64,000 nucleotides of DNA from an uncultured Verrucomicrobiae bacterium (GTDB lineage: Bacteria > Verrucomicrobiota > Verrucomicrobiia > Chthoniobacterales > JAFAMB01), in contig CAWEXO010000011.1 in the NCBI GenBank assembly GCA_963813025.1, positions 160,001-224,000 on the forward strand. The letters run 5' to 3'. Of the stretch, positions 63,325 through 64,000 are shown one piece after another. Both the position numbers and the translations under genes were made by a program. Under the pieces are notes generated by a model. That model had not been told where the DNA came from and ran no database searches. It worked only from the letters and a program-made list of their open reading frames with translations. Every line of letters starts with the position of its first letter. Position 1 is the stretch's first letter.

Positions 63325-64000
63325 CTAGTCACTGGGCAGTGGAGCGGGGAGTAACAAGGTCGTCGTGAATCCCGGCACGGGCGGGGTCATCCAACGACGC
63401 GCTCGCCCGCGACCAAACGACTGCACCTTGCCTGCTGCCGCAAGCGAATCGAGTGCCCGCTGTACCGTGCGCTGGCTGGCTCCAAGCGCAAGCGCCAGGG
63501 CCGAGCTTGACCACGACTCACCGTCAGCAAGGAAAGCGAGCACCGCCGCATGCTCCTCTTCAACGGGCTGTGCCAGCACGACGACCTTGCATGCGCGGCG
63601 CGGCACCAGCGCAAATCCTCGCTTCGTCGCGCTCACGCCGGCCAGCGTCCGGAGCGTCGTGCGTAGCCGCCCGATTTCGACTCGCAACCGCGCGCGATGC
63701 GATTCATCGGCGAGCTTCGCTCGGAATGCCCGCGCGAGCAGCGTGCCCCTCGGCACGTCTCCGGGCCACGCCTCGCCGAGCGCGCGTGCCAGCGCGAACA
63801 ACACCGGACGCCTTGCGAGCGAGACCACCGTGCGTTCGTTACACACGACATGACGGCACGCATCCACGACGAGCGCCCTCGATGCCAGTAACGCTTCAAC
63901 CTCCTCAAGCAGGAGGAGTCGCTCCTCCCCACGGGCGATCAGGCGCGCCGCGGGCGTGTCCAGAACGAGGGATGCGCTTTCGACCTCCGCCGTCAGCGCA
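63325..64000 (-). CDS. HTH-domain regulator, 5' part outside the window
   Basis: LARRPVLFAL, DESHRARLRVEIGRLR, C-terminal HTH WSSSALALALGASQRTVQRAL; frame open to the edge. Confidence 0.8.
   Translation of the reverse strand, partial: ALTAEVESASLVLDTPAARLIARGEERLLLLEEVEALLASRALVVDACRHVVCNERTVVSLARRPVLFALARALGEAWPGDVPRGTLLARAFRAKLADESHRARLRVEIGRLRTTLRTLAGVSATKRGFALVPRRACKVVVLAQPVEEEHAAVLAFLADGESWSSSALALALGASQRTVQRALDSLAAAGKVQSFGRGRARRWMTPPVPGFTTTLLLPAPLPSD

Overview
Bacterial chromosome segment of moderately high GC. The DUF5069 gene, the GYF_2/YIP1 gene and the periodic intergenic palindromes suggest soil Verrucomicrobiota (inference). Contents in order: (1) a Cache/HAMP/PAS sensor cut by the window edge, with a periplasmic binding protein; (2) several gene remnants; (3) tRNA-His followed by an IS cluster: an ISNCY-type element carrying a DUF6788-like gene, an IS3 nested inside it, and an IS630; (4) sugar/inositol and redox genes and a GluR0-like ligand-gated channel; (5) a ~13.5 kb metal-homeostasis block (His-rich DMT, P1B ATPase, CsoR/RcnR, Cys-rich leader ORF, CusCBA-like pump); (6) purS-purQ-purL-purF-purM; (7) LigD lacking its polymerase domain; (8) a sugar ABC transporter and miscellaneous genes. 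Single-base frameshifts occur even in purF, purL, purM and cusA, so most are probably long-read consensus errors. The best unexplained signals are a ~155-230 nt element present twice (21.4 kb and 48.1 kb) with both RNA-structure and codon-like conservation, a candidate metal-sensing leader peptide upstream of the Cus pump, a CusA fused to a Met-rich YtkA-like domain, a P1B ATPase with a GAC instead of CPC motif, and a channel with a TGIGYGD filter.
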